Origin: Eledone cirrhosa | Lineage: Eukaryota | Reading direction: 5' to 3' | DNA length: 64,000 bases | Assembly (NCBI GenBank): GCA_964016885.1 | Contig: OZ024744.1 | Coordinates: 129,394,001 to 129,458,000, forward strand | Shown here: positions 51,425 to 61,900 of the stretch, in pieces | Position numbering within the stretch: position 1 is the stretch's first letter | Layout: every line of letters starts with the position of its first letter | Notes under the pieces: generated by a model | The model's input: only the letters and a program-made list of their open reading frames with translations | Told to the model about the DNA's origin: nothing | Databases searched by the model: none | Translations under genes and position numbers: made by a program

Positions 51425-52866
51425 TTAATCTTTTTACGTTTTTCTGATTTTTTGCATGTTTTGAAATTTAAAAAAAACGTAAAAAATTAATGCTTTTACA
51501 AATATTTTGAAATATTTACTTTCTGGTTTCAAATTTTGCAAATTAAATTTTTTTCTAAAAAAATCAGTTTTCGAAATCAGAAGTTAATATTTCGAAAAAC
51601 GCAATTTAAAAAACTCATATTAATTTTTTTTCGAATGAAGTTTTTTTATGCTTTTAGAAATATTTATATCTGATTTAAAATATTGATTTTTTTAGGTTTA
51701 CCTTATATAATCAAATTTTTTTAGGTTTTTCGAAATATCTTATATAATCAATTTTTTTTAGGTTTTTCGAAAAAGAATGAATTTGAGTTCATAGTCAAAA
51801 TATATACTTCTGCATTAATCTTTGATTTTTTGCATGTTTTGAAATTTAAAAAAAACGTAAAAAATTAATGCTTTTACAAATATTTTGAAATATTTACTTT
51901 CTGGTTTCAAAGTTTGCAAATTAAATTTTTTTCGAAAAACCTAAAAAAATCAGTTTTTGAAATCAGAAGTTAATATTTCGAAAAACGCAATTTGAAAAAC
52001 TCATTAATTTTTTTTCGAATGAAGTTTTTTATACTTTTAGAAATATTTCAAATAGTGATTTTTTTAGGTTTTTCGAAATATCTTATATAATCAATTTTTT
52101 TTAGGTTTTTCGAAAAAGAATGAATTTGAGTTCATAGTCGAAATATATACTTCTGCATTAATCTTTGATTTTTTGCATGTTTTGAAATTTAAAAAAAACG
52201 TAAAAAATTAATGCTTTTACAAATATTTTGAAATATTTACTTTCTGGTTTCAAAGTTTGCAAATTAAATTTTTTTCGAAAAACCTAAAAAAATCAGTTTT
52301 TGAAATCAGAAGTTAATATTTCGAAAAACGCAATTTGAAAAACTCATATTAATTTTTTTTCGAATGAAGTTTTTTATACTTTTAGAAATATTTCAAATAG
52401 TGATTTTTTAGGTTTTTCGAAATATCTTATATAATCAATTTTTTTTAGGTTTTTCGAAAAAGAATGAATTTGAGTTCATAGTCGAAATATATACTTCTGC
52501 ATTAATCTTTGATTTTTTGCATGTTTTGAAATTTAAAAAAAACGTAAAAAATTAATGCTTTTACAAATATTTTGAAATATTTACTTTCTGGTTTCAAAGT
52601 TTGCAAATTAAATTTTTTTCGAAAAACCTAAAAAAATCAGTTTTCGAAATCAGAAGTTAATATTTCGAAAAACGCAATTTGAAAAACTCATATTAATTTT
52701 TTTTCGAATGAAGTTTTTTATACTTTTAGAAATATTTATATCTGATTTCAAATATTGATTTTTTTAGGTTTTTTGAAAGACCTTATATAATCAATTTTTT
52801 TTAGGTTTTTCGAAAAACCTTATATAATCAATTTTTTTAGGTTTTTCGACAACCTTATATAATCAA
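51425..52866. repeat. AT-rich island 5 (short form, 1,442 bp)
   Basis: Shares the 2-bp deletion (CTCATTAAT, ~52000) with island 3. Confidence 0.97.
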
Positions 52867-55800
52867 GTTGAGTTTAAGTTAAGTTGGGATTAAGTTAAGT
52901 TGGGGTTAAGTTAAGTTGGGGTTAAATTAAGTTGGGGTTAAGTTAAGTTGGAGTTAAGTTAAGTTGGGGGTAAGTTAAGTTGGGGTTAAGATAAGTTGGG
53001 GTTAAGTTAAGTTGGGGTTGAGCTAAGTTGGGGTTGAGTTAATTTGGGGTTAAGTTAAGTTGGGGTTAAGTTAAGTTGGGTTTAAGTTAAGTTGGGGTTA
53101 AGTTAAGTTGGGGTTAAATTAAGTTGGGGTTAAGCTAAGTTGGGGTTAAGTTAAATTGAGGTTAAGTTAAGTTGGGGTTAATTTAAGTTGGGGTTAAGCT
53201 AAGTTGGGGTTAAGTTAAATTGAGGTTAACTTAAGTTGGGGTTAAGTTAAGTTGGGGTTAATTTAAGTTGGGGCTAAGTAAAGTTAAGTGGGGGTTAAGT
53301 TAAGTTAGGGTTGAGTTAAGTTGGGGTTAAGTTAACTTTGGGTTAAGTTAAGTTGGGTTTGAGTTAAGTTGGGGTTAATTAAGTTGGGGTTAAGTTAAGT
53401 TGGGGTTAAGTTAAGTTGGGGTTAAGTTAAGTTGCGGTTAAGTTAAGTTGAGGTTAAGTTAAGTTGGGGTTAAGTTAAGTTGGGGTTAAGTTAAGTTGGG
53501 GCTAAGTTAAGTTGGGGCTAAGTTAAGTTGGGGCTTAGTTAAGTTGGGGTTAAGTTAAGTTGGGGTTAAGTTAAGGTGGGGTTTAGTTAAGTTGGGGTCA
53601 ACTAAAGTTGGGGTTAAGTTAAGTTGGGGTTCACTTAAGTTGGGGTTAAGTTAAGTTGGGGTTAAGTTAAGTTGGGGTTTATTTAAGTTGGGGTTCAGTT
53701 AATTTGGGGTTAAGTTAAGTTTGGGTTAAGTTGGGGTTAAATTAAGTTGGGGTTAAGTTAAGTTGGGGTTAAGTTAAGTTGGGGTTAATTTAAGTTGGGG
53801 TTAAGTTAAGTTGCGGGTAATTTAAGTTGGGGTTAAGTTAAGTTGGGGTTAAGTTAAGTTGGGGTTAAGTTAAGTTGGGGGTAAGTTAAGTTGGGGGTAA
53901 GTTAAGTTGGGGTTAAGTTAAGTTGGGGTTAAGTTAAGTTGGGGTTAAGTTAAGTTAGGGTTAAGTTAAGTTGGGGTTGAGTTAAGTTGGGGTTAAGTTA
54001 AGTTGGGGTTATGTTAAGTTGGGGTTAAGATAAATTGGGGTTAATTTAACTTTGTGGTTAAGTTAAGTTGGGGTTAATTTAAGTTGGGGTTAAGTTAAAG
54101 TGGGGTTAAGTTAAGTTGGGGTTAAGTTAAGTTGGGGTTAAGTTAATTTGTGGTTAAGTTAAGTTGGGGTTAAGTTAAGTTGGGGTTAAGTTAAGTTGGG
54201 GATAAGTTAAGTTGAGGATAAGTTAAGTTGGGGTTAATTAAGTTGGCTTTAAGTTAAGTTGGGGTTAAGTTAAGTTGGGGTTAAGTTAAGTTGGGGTTAA
54301 GTTAAGTTGGTTAGTTAAGTTGAGTTTAAGTTAAGTTGGGGTTAATTTAAGTTGGGGTTAAGTTAAGTTGGGGTTGAGTTAAGTTGGGGTTCAGTTAAGT
54401 TGGGGTTAAGTTAAGTTGGGGTTAAGTTGGGGTAAAATTAAGTTGGGGTTAAGTTAAGTTGCGGTTAAGTTAAGTTGAGGTTAAGTTAAGTTGGGGTTAA
54501 GTTAAGTTGGGGTTAAGTTAAGTTGGGGCTAAGTTAAGTTGGAGCTAAGTTAAGTTGGGGCTCAGTTAAGTTGGGGTTAAGTTAAGTTGGGGTTAAGTTA
54601 AGGTGGGGTTAAGTTAAGTTGGGGTCAACTTAAGTTGGGGTTAATTTAAGTTGGGGTTAACTTAAGTTGGGGTTAAGTTAAGTTGGGGTTAAGTTAAGTT
54701 GGGGTTAAGTTAAGTTGGGGTTACGTTAAGTTGGGGGTAAGTTAAGTTGGTGGTAAGTTAAGTTGGGGGTAAGTTAAGATGGGGTTAAGTTAAGTTGGGG
54801 TTAATTTAATTTGGGGTTAAGTTAAGTTAGGGTTAAGTTAAGTTGGGGTTGAGTTAAGTTGGGGTTAAGTTAAGTTGGGGTTATGTTATGTTGGGGTTAA
54901 GTTAAGTTGGGGTTAAGTTAATTTGGGGTTCAATTAAGTTGCGGTTAATTTAAGTTGGGGTTAAGTTAAGTTGGGGTTAAGTTAAGTTGGGGTTAAGTTA
55001 AGTTGGGGTTAAATTAAGTTGGGGTTAAATTAAGTTGGGGTTAAGTTAAGTTGGGGTTATGTTAAGTTGGTGTTAAGTTAAGTTGGGGTTAAGTTAAGTT
55101 GGGGTTAAGTTAGGTTGGTGTTAATTTAAGTTGGGGGTAAGTTAAGTTGGGGGTAAGTTAAGTTGGTGTTAAGTTAAGTTGGGGTTAAGTTAAGTTGGGG
55201 TTAAGTTAAGTTGGGGTTAAGTTAGGGTCGAGTTAAGTTGGGGTTAAGTTAAGTGGGGGTTATATTAAGTTGGGGTCAAGTTAAGTTGGGGTTAAGTTAA
55301 GTTGGGGTTCATTTAAGTTGCGGTTAAGTTAAGTTGGTGTTAAGTTAAGTTGGGGTTAAGTTAAGTTGGGGTTAAATTAAGTTGGGGTTAAGTTAAGTTG
55401 GGGTTAAGTTAAGTTGGGGTTAAATTAAGTTAGGGTTGAGTTAAGTTGGGGTTAAGTTAAGTTGGGGTTATATTAAGTTGGGGTTAAGTTAAGTTGGGGT
55501 TAAGTAAAGTTGGGGTTCAGTTAAGTTGCGGTTAAGTTAAGTTGGGGTTAAGTTAAGTTAGGCTTAACTTAAGTTGGGATTAAGTTAAGTTGGGGGAGAG
55601 TTAAGTTGGGGGTAAGTTAAGTTGGGGTTAAGTTAAGTTGGGGTTAAGTTGGGGTTAAGTTAATTTAGGGTTAAGTTAAGTTGGGGTTGAGTTAAGTTGG
55701 GGTTAAGTTAAGTGGTGGTTATGTTAAGTTGGGGTTAAGTTAAGTTGGGGTTAATTTAAATTGGGGTTAATTTAACTTTGTGGTTAAGTTAAGTTGGGGT

Positions 55801-57554
55801 TAATTTAAGTTGGGGTTAAGTTAAGTTGGGGTTAATTTAATTTGTGGTTAAGTTAAGTTGGGGTTAAGTTAAGTTGGGGTTGAGTTAAGCTGGGGTTAAG
55901 TTAAGTTGGGGTTAAAATAAGTTGGGGTTAAGTTAAGTTGGGGTTGAGTTAAGTTGGGGTTGAGTTAATTCGGGGTTAAGTTAAGTTGGGGTTAACTTAA
56001 GTTGGGTTTAATTTAAGTTGGGGTTAAGTTAAGTTGGGGTTATAATTAAGTTGGGGTTAAGTTAAGTTGGGGGTAAGATAAGTTGGGGTTAGTTAAGTTG
56101 CGGTTAAGTTAAGTTGGGGTTAAGTTAAGTTGGGGTTAAGTTAAGTTGGGGTTAAGTTAAGTTGGGGTTAATTTAAGTTGGGGTTAATTTAAGTTGGGGT
56201 AAAGTTAAGTTGGGGGTAAGTTAAGTTGGGGTTAAGTTAAGTTGGGGTTAAGTTGGGGTTAAGTTAAGTTAGGGTTAACTTAAGTTGGGGTTGTGTTAAG
56301 TGGTGGTTATGTTAAGTGGTGGTTATGTTAAGTTGGGGTTAAGTTAAGTTGGGGTTATGTTAAATTGGGGTTAAGTTAAGTTGCGGTTAAGTTAAGTTGG
56401 GGTTAAGTTAAGTTGGGGTTAAGTTAATTAGGGTTAAGTTAAGTTGGGGTTAAGTTAAGTTGGGGTTAAGTTAAGTTGGGGATAAGTTAAGTTGAGGATA
56501 AGTTAAGTTGGGGTTAATTAAGTTGGCTTTAAGTTAAGTTGGGGTTAAGTTAAGTTGGGGTTAAGTTAAGTTGGTGTTAAGTTAAGTTGGTTAGTTAAGT
56601 TGAGTTTAAGTTAAGTTGGGGTTAATTTAAGTTGGGGTTAAGTTAAGTTGGGGTTAAGTTAAGTTGGGGTTAAGTTAAGTTGGGGTTAAGTTAAGTTGGG
56701 GTTAAGTTAAGTTGGGGTTAAGTTGGGGTAAAATTAAGTTGGGGTTAAGTTAAGTTGCGGTTAAGTTAAGTTGAGGTTAAGTTAAGTTGGGGTTAAGTTA
56801 AGTTGGGGTTAAGTTAAGTTGGGGCTAAGTTAAGTTGGAGCTAAGTTAAGTTGGGGCTAAGTTAAGTTGGGGTTAAGTTAAGTTGGGGTTAAGTTAAGGT
56901 GGGGTTAAGTTAAGTTGGGGTCAACTTAAGTTGGGGTTAATTTAAGTTGGGGTTAACTTAAGTTGGGGTGAAGTTAAGTTGGGGTTAAGTTAAGTTGGGG
57001 TTAAGTTAAGTTGGGGTTACGTTAAGTTGGGGGTAAGTTAAGTTGGTGGTAAGTTAAGTTGGGGGTAAGTTAAGATGGGGTTAAGTTAAGTTGGGGTTAA
57101 TTTAATTTGGGGTTAAGTTAAGTTAGGGTTAAGTTAAGTTGGGGTTGAGTTAAGTTGGGGTTAAGTTAAGTTGGGGTTATGTTAAGTTGGGGTTAAGTTA
57201 AGTTGGGGTTAAGTTAAGTTGGGGTTCAATTAAGTTGCGGTTAATTTAAGTTGGGGTTAAGTTAAGTTGGGGTTAAGTGAAGTTGGGGTTAAGTTAAGTT
57301 GGGGTTAAATTAAGTTAGGGCTAAGTTAAGTTGAGGTTATGTTAAGTTGGTGTTAAGTTAAGTTGGGGTTAAGTTAAGTTGGGGTTAAGTTAAGTTGGGG
57401 TTAAGTTAAGTTGGGTTTAAGTTAAGTTGGGGCTAAGTTAAGTTGGGGTTAAGTTAAGTTGGGGTTAAGTTAAGTTGGGGTTAAGTTAGGTTGGTGTTAA
57501 GTTAAGTTGGGGGTAAGTTAAGTTGGGGGTAAGTTAAGTTGGTGTTAAGTTAAG
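52867..57554 (+). repeat. 16-bp satellite block 6 (4,688 bp, type B)
   Basis: Matches block 4 at the diagnostic sites checked. Confidence 0.97.
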
Positions 57555-58998
57555 TTAATCTTTTTACGTTTTTCTGATTTTTTGCATGTTTTGAAATTTA
57601 AAAAAAACGTAAAAAATTAATGCTTTTACAAATATTTTGAAATATTTACTTTCTGGTTTCAAATTTTGCAAATTAAATTTTTTTCTAAAAAAATCAGTTT
57701 TCGAAATCAGAAGTTAATATTTCGAAAAACGCAATTTAAAAAACTCATATTAATTTTTTTTCGAATGAAGTTTTTTTATGCTTTTAGAAATATTTATATC
57801 TGATTTAAAATATTGATTTTTTTAGGTTTACCTTATATAATCAAATTTTTTTAGGTTTTTCGAAATATCTTATATAATCAATTTTTTTTAGGTTTTTCGA
57901 AAAAGAATGAATTTGAGTTCATAGTCAAAATATATACTTCTGCATTAATCTTTGATTTTTTGCATGTTTTGAAATTTAAAAAAAACGTAAAAAATTAATG
58001 CTTTTACAAATATTTTGAAATATTTACTTTCTGGTTTCAAAGTTTGCAAATTAAATTTTTTTCGAAAAACCTAAAAAAATCAGTTTTTGAAATCAGAAGT
58101 TAATATTTCGAAAAACGCAATTTGAAAAACTCATATTAATTTTTTTTCGAATGAAGTTTTTTATACTTTTAGAAATATTTCAAATAGTGATTTTTTTAGG
58201 TTTTTCGAAATATCTTATATAATCAATTTTTTTTAGGTTTTTCGAAAAAGAATGAATTTGAGTTCATAGTCGAAATATATACTTCTGCATTAATCTTTGA
58301 TTTTTTGCATGTTTTGAAATTTAAAAAAAACGTAAAAAATTAATGCTTTTACAAATATTTTGAAATATTTACTTTCTGGTTTCAAAGTTTGCAAATTAAA
58401 TTTTTTTCGAAAAACCTAAAAAAATCAGTTTTTGAAATCAGAAGTTAATATTTCGAAAAACGCAATTTGAAAAACTCATATTAATTTTTTTTCGAATGAA
58501 GTTTTTTATACTTTTAGAAATATTTCAAATAGTGATTTTTTAGGTTTTTCGAAATATCTTATATAATCAATTTTTTTTAGGTTTTTCGAAAAAGAATGAA
58601 TTTGAGTTCATAGTCGAAATATATACTTCTGCATTAATCTTTGATTTTTTGCATGTTTTGAAATTTAAAAAAAACGTAAAAAATTAATGCTTTTACAAAT
58701 ATTTTGAAATATTTACTTTCTGGTTTCAAAGTTTGCAAATTAAATTTTTTTCGAAAAACCTAAAAAAATCAGTTTTCGAAATCAGAAGTTAATATTTCGA
58801 AAAACGCAATTTGAAAAACTCATATTAATTTTTTTTCGAATGAAGTTTTTTATACTTTTAGAAATATTTATATCTGATTTCAAATATTGATTTTTTTAGG
58901 TTTTTTGAAAGACCTTATATAATCAATTTTTTTTAGGTTTTTCGAAAAACCTTATATAATCAATTTTTTTAGGTTTTTCGACAACCTTATATAATCAA
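57555..58998. repeat. AT-rich island 6 (short form, 1,444 bp)
   Basis: Matches island 4; same junctions. Confidence 0.97.
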
Positions 58999-61900
58999 GT
59001 TGAGTTTAAGTTAAGTTGGGATTAAGTTAAGTTGGGGTTAAGTTAAGTTGGGGTTAAATTAAGTTGGGGTTAAGTTAAGTTGGAGTTAAGTTAAGTTGGG
59101 GGTAAGTTAAGTTGGGGTTAAGATAAGTTGGGGTTAAGTTAAGTTGGGGTTGAGCTAAGTTGGGGTTGAGTTAATTTGGGGTTAAGTTAAGTTGGGGTTA
59201 AGTTAAGTTGGGTTTAAGTTAAGTTGGGGTTAAGTTAAGTTGGGGTTAAATTAAGTTGGGGTTAAGCTAAGTTGGGGTTAAGTTAAATTGAGGTTAAGTT
59301 AAGTTGGGGTTAATTTAAGTTGGGGTTAAGCTAAGTTGGGGTTAAGTTAAATTGAGGTTAACTTAAGTTGGGGTTAAGTTAAGTTGGGGTTAATTTAAGT
59401 TGGGGCTAAGTAAAGTTAAGTGGGGGTTAAGTTAAGTTAGGGTTGAGTTAAGTTGGGGTTAAGTTAACTTTGGGTTAAGTTAAGTTGGGTTTGAGTTAAG
59501 TTGGGGTTAATTAAGTTGGGGTTAAGTTAAGTTGGGGTTAAGTTAAGTTGGGGTTAAGTTAAGTTGCGGTTAAGTTAAGTTGAGGTTAAGTTAAGTTGGG
59601 GTTAAGTTAAGTTGGGGTTAAGTTAAGTTGGGGCTAAGTTAAGTTGGGGCTAAGTTAAGTTGGGGCTTAGTTAAGTTGGGGTTAAGTTAAGTTGGGGTTA
59701 AGTTAAGGTGGGGTTTAGTTAAGTTGGGGTCAACTAAAGTTGGGGTTAAGTTAAGTTGGGGTTCACTTAAGTTGGGGTTAAGTTAAGTTGGGGTTAAGTT
59801 AAGTTGGGGTTTATTTAAGTTGGGGTTCAGTTAATTTGGGGTTAAGTTAAGTTTGGGTTAAGTTGGGGTTAAATTAAGTTGGGGTTAAGTTAAGTTGGGG
59901 TTAAGTTAAGTTGGGGTTAATTTAAGTTGGGGTTAAGTTAAGTTGCGGGTAATTTAAGTTGGGGTTAAGTTAAGTTGGGGTTAAGTTAAGTTGGGGTTAA
60001 GTTAAGTTGGGGGTAAGTTAAGTTGGGGGTAAGTTAAGTTGGGGTTAAGTTAAGTTGGGGTTAAGTTAAGTTGGGGTTAAGTTAAGTTAGGGTTAAGTTA
60101 AGTTGGGGTTGAGTTAAGTTGGGGTTAAGTTAAGTTGGGGTTATGTTAAGTTGGGGTTAAGATAAATTGGGGTTAATTTAACTTTGTGGTTAAGTTAAGT
60201 TGGGGTTAATTTAAGTTGGGGTTAAGTTAAAGTGGGGTTAAGTTAAGTTGGGGTTAAGTTAAGTTGGGGTTAAGTTAATTTGTGGTTAAGTTAAGTTGGG
60301 GTTAAGTTAAGTTGGGGTTAAGTTAAGTTGGGGATAAGTTAAGTTGAGGATAAGTTAAGTTGGGGTTAATTAAGTTGGCTTTAAGTTAAGTTGGGGTTAA
60401 GTTAAGTTGGGGTTAAGTTAAGTTGGGGTTAAGTTAAGTTGGTTAGTTAAGTTGAGTTTAAGTTAAGTTGGGGTTAATTTAAGTTGGGGTTAAGTTAAGT
60501 TGGGGTTGAGTTAAGTTGGGGTTCAGTTAAGTTGGGGTTAAGTTAAGTTGGGGTTAAGTTGGGGTAAAATTAAGTTGGGGTTAAGTTAAGTTGCGGTTAA
60601 GTTAAGTTGAGGTTAAGTTAAGTTGGGGTTAAGTTAAGTTGGGGTTAAGTTAAGTTGGGGCTAAGTTAAGTTGGAGCTAAGTTAAGTTGGGGCTCAGTTA
60701 AGTTGGGGTTAAGTTAAGTTGGGGTTAAGTTAAGGTGGGGTTAAGTTAAGTTGGGGTCAACTTAAGTTGGGGTTAATTTAAGTTGGGGTTAACTTAAGTT
60801 GGGGTTAAGTTAAGTTGGGGTTAAGTTAAGTTGGGGTTAAGTTAAGTTGGGGTTACGTTAAGTTGGGGGTAAGTTAAGTTGGTGGTAAGTTAAGTTGGGG
60901 GTAAGTTAAGATGGGGTTAAGTTAAGTTGGGGTTAATTTAATTTGGGGTTAAGTTAAGTTAGGGTTAAGTTAAGTTGGGGTTGAGTTAAGTTGGGGTTAA
61001 GTTAAGTTGGGGTTATGTTATGTTGGGGTTAAGTTAAGTTGGGGTTAAGTTGGGGTTAAATTAAGTTGGGGTTAAGTTAAGTTGGGGTTAAGTTAAGTTG
61101 GGGTTAAGTTAAGTTGCGGTTAAGTTAAGTTGAGGTTAAGTTAAGTTGGAGTTAAGTTAAGTTGGGGTTAAGTTAAGTTGGGGTTAAATTAAGTTGGGGA
61201 TAAGTTAAGTTGAGGATAAGTTAAGTTGGGGTTAATTAAGTTGGCTTTAAGTTAAGTTGGGGTTAAGTTAAGTTGGGGTTAAGTTAAGTTGGTTAGTTAA
61301 GTTGAGTTTAAGTTAAGTTGGGGTTAATTTAAGTTGGGGTTAAGTTAAGTTGGGGTTAAGTTAAGTTGGGGTTAAGTTAAGTTGGGGTTCAGTTAAGTTA
61401 GGGTTAAGTTGGGGTAAAATTAAGTTGGGGTTAAGTTAAGTTGCGGTTAAGTTAAGTTGAGGTTAAGTTAAGTTGGGGTTAAGTTAAGTTGGGGTTAAGT
61501 TAAGTTGGGGCTAAGTTAAGTTGGAGCTAAGTTAAGTTGGGGCTAAGTTAAGTTGGGGTTAAGTTAAGTTGGGGTTAAGTTAAGGTGGGGTTAAGTTAAG
61601 TTGGGGTCAACTTAAGTTGGGGTTAATTTAAGTTGGGGTTAACTTAAGTTGGGGTTAAGCTAAGTTGGGGTTAAGTTAAGTTGGGGTTAAGTTAAGTTGG
61701 GGTTACGTTAAGTTGGGGGTAAGTTAAGTTGGTGGTAAGTTAAGTTGGGGGTAAGTTAAGATGGGGTTAAGTTAAGTTGGGGTTAATTTAATTTGGGGTT
61801 AAGTTAAGTTAGGGTTAAGTTAAGTTGGGGTTGAGTTAAGTTGGGGTTAAGTTAAGTTGGGGTTATGTTAAGTTGGGGTTAAGTTAAGTTGAGGTTAAGT

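Larger units (their letters stand above)
34475..61050 (+). repeat. Composite macro-repeat: 4 full units of 6,130/6,132 bp (4,688 bp of 16-mer plus a 1,442/1,444-bp island) and a ~2-kb partial fifth unit
   Basis: Island ends at 34474, 40604, 46736, 52866 and 58998 (spacings 6130, 6132, 6130, 6132). The variant order is the same in each spacer, and the match breaks down at about 61050. Confidence 0.96.

Noticed and set aside
25335-58998. CRISPR-like repeat/spacer arrangement (islands as repeats, or the 36-37-bp subrepeat)
   Set aside because: There are no unique spacers: the intervening sequences are themselves copies and the subrepeats abut directly. No cas genes are present.
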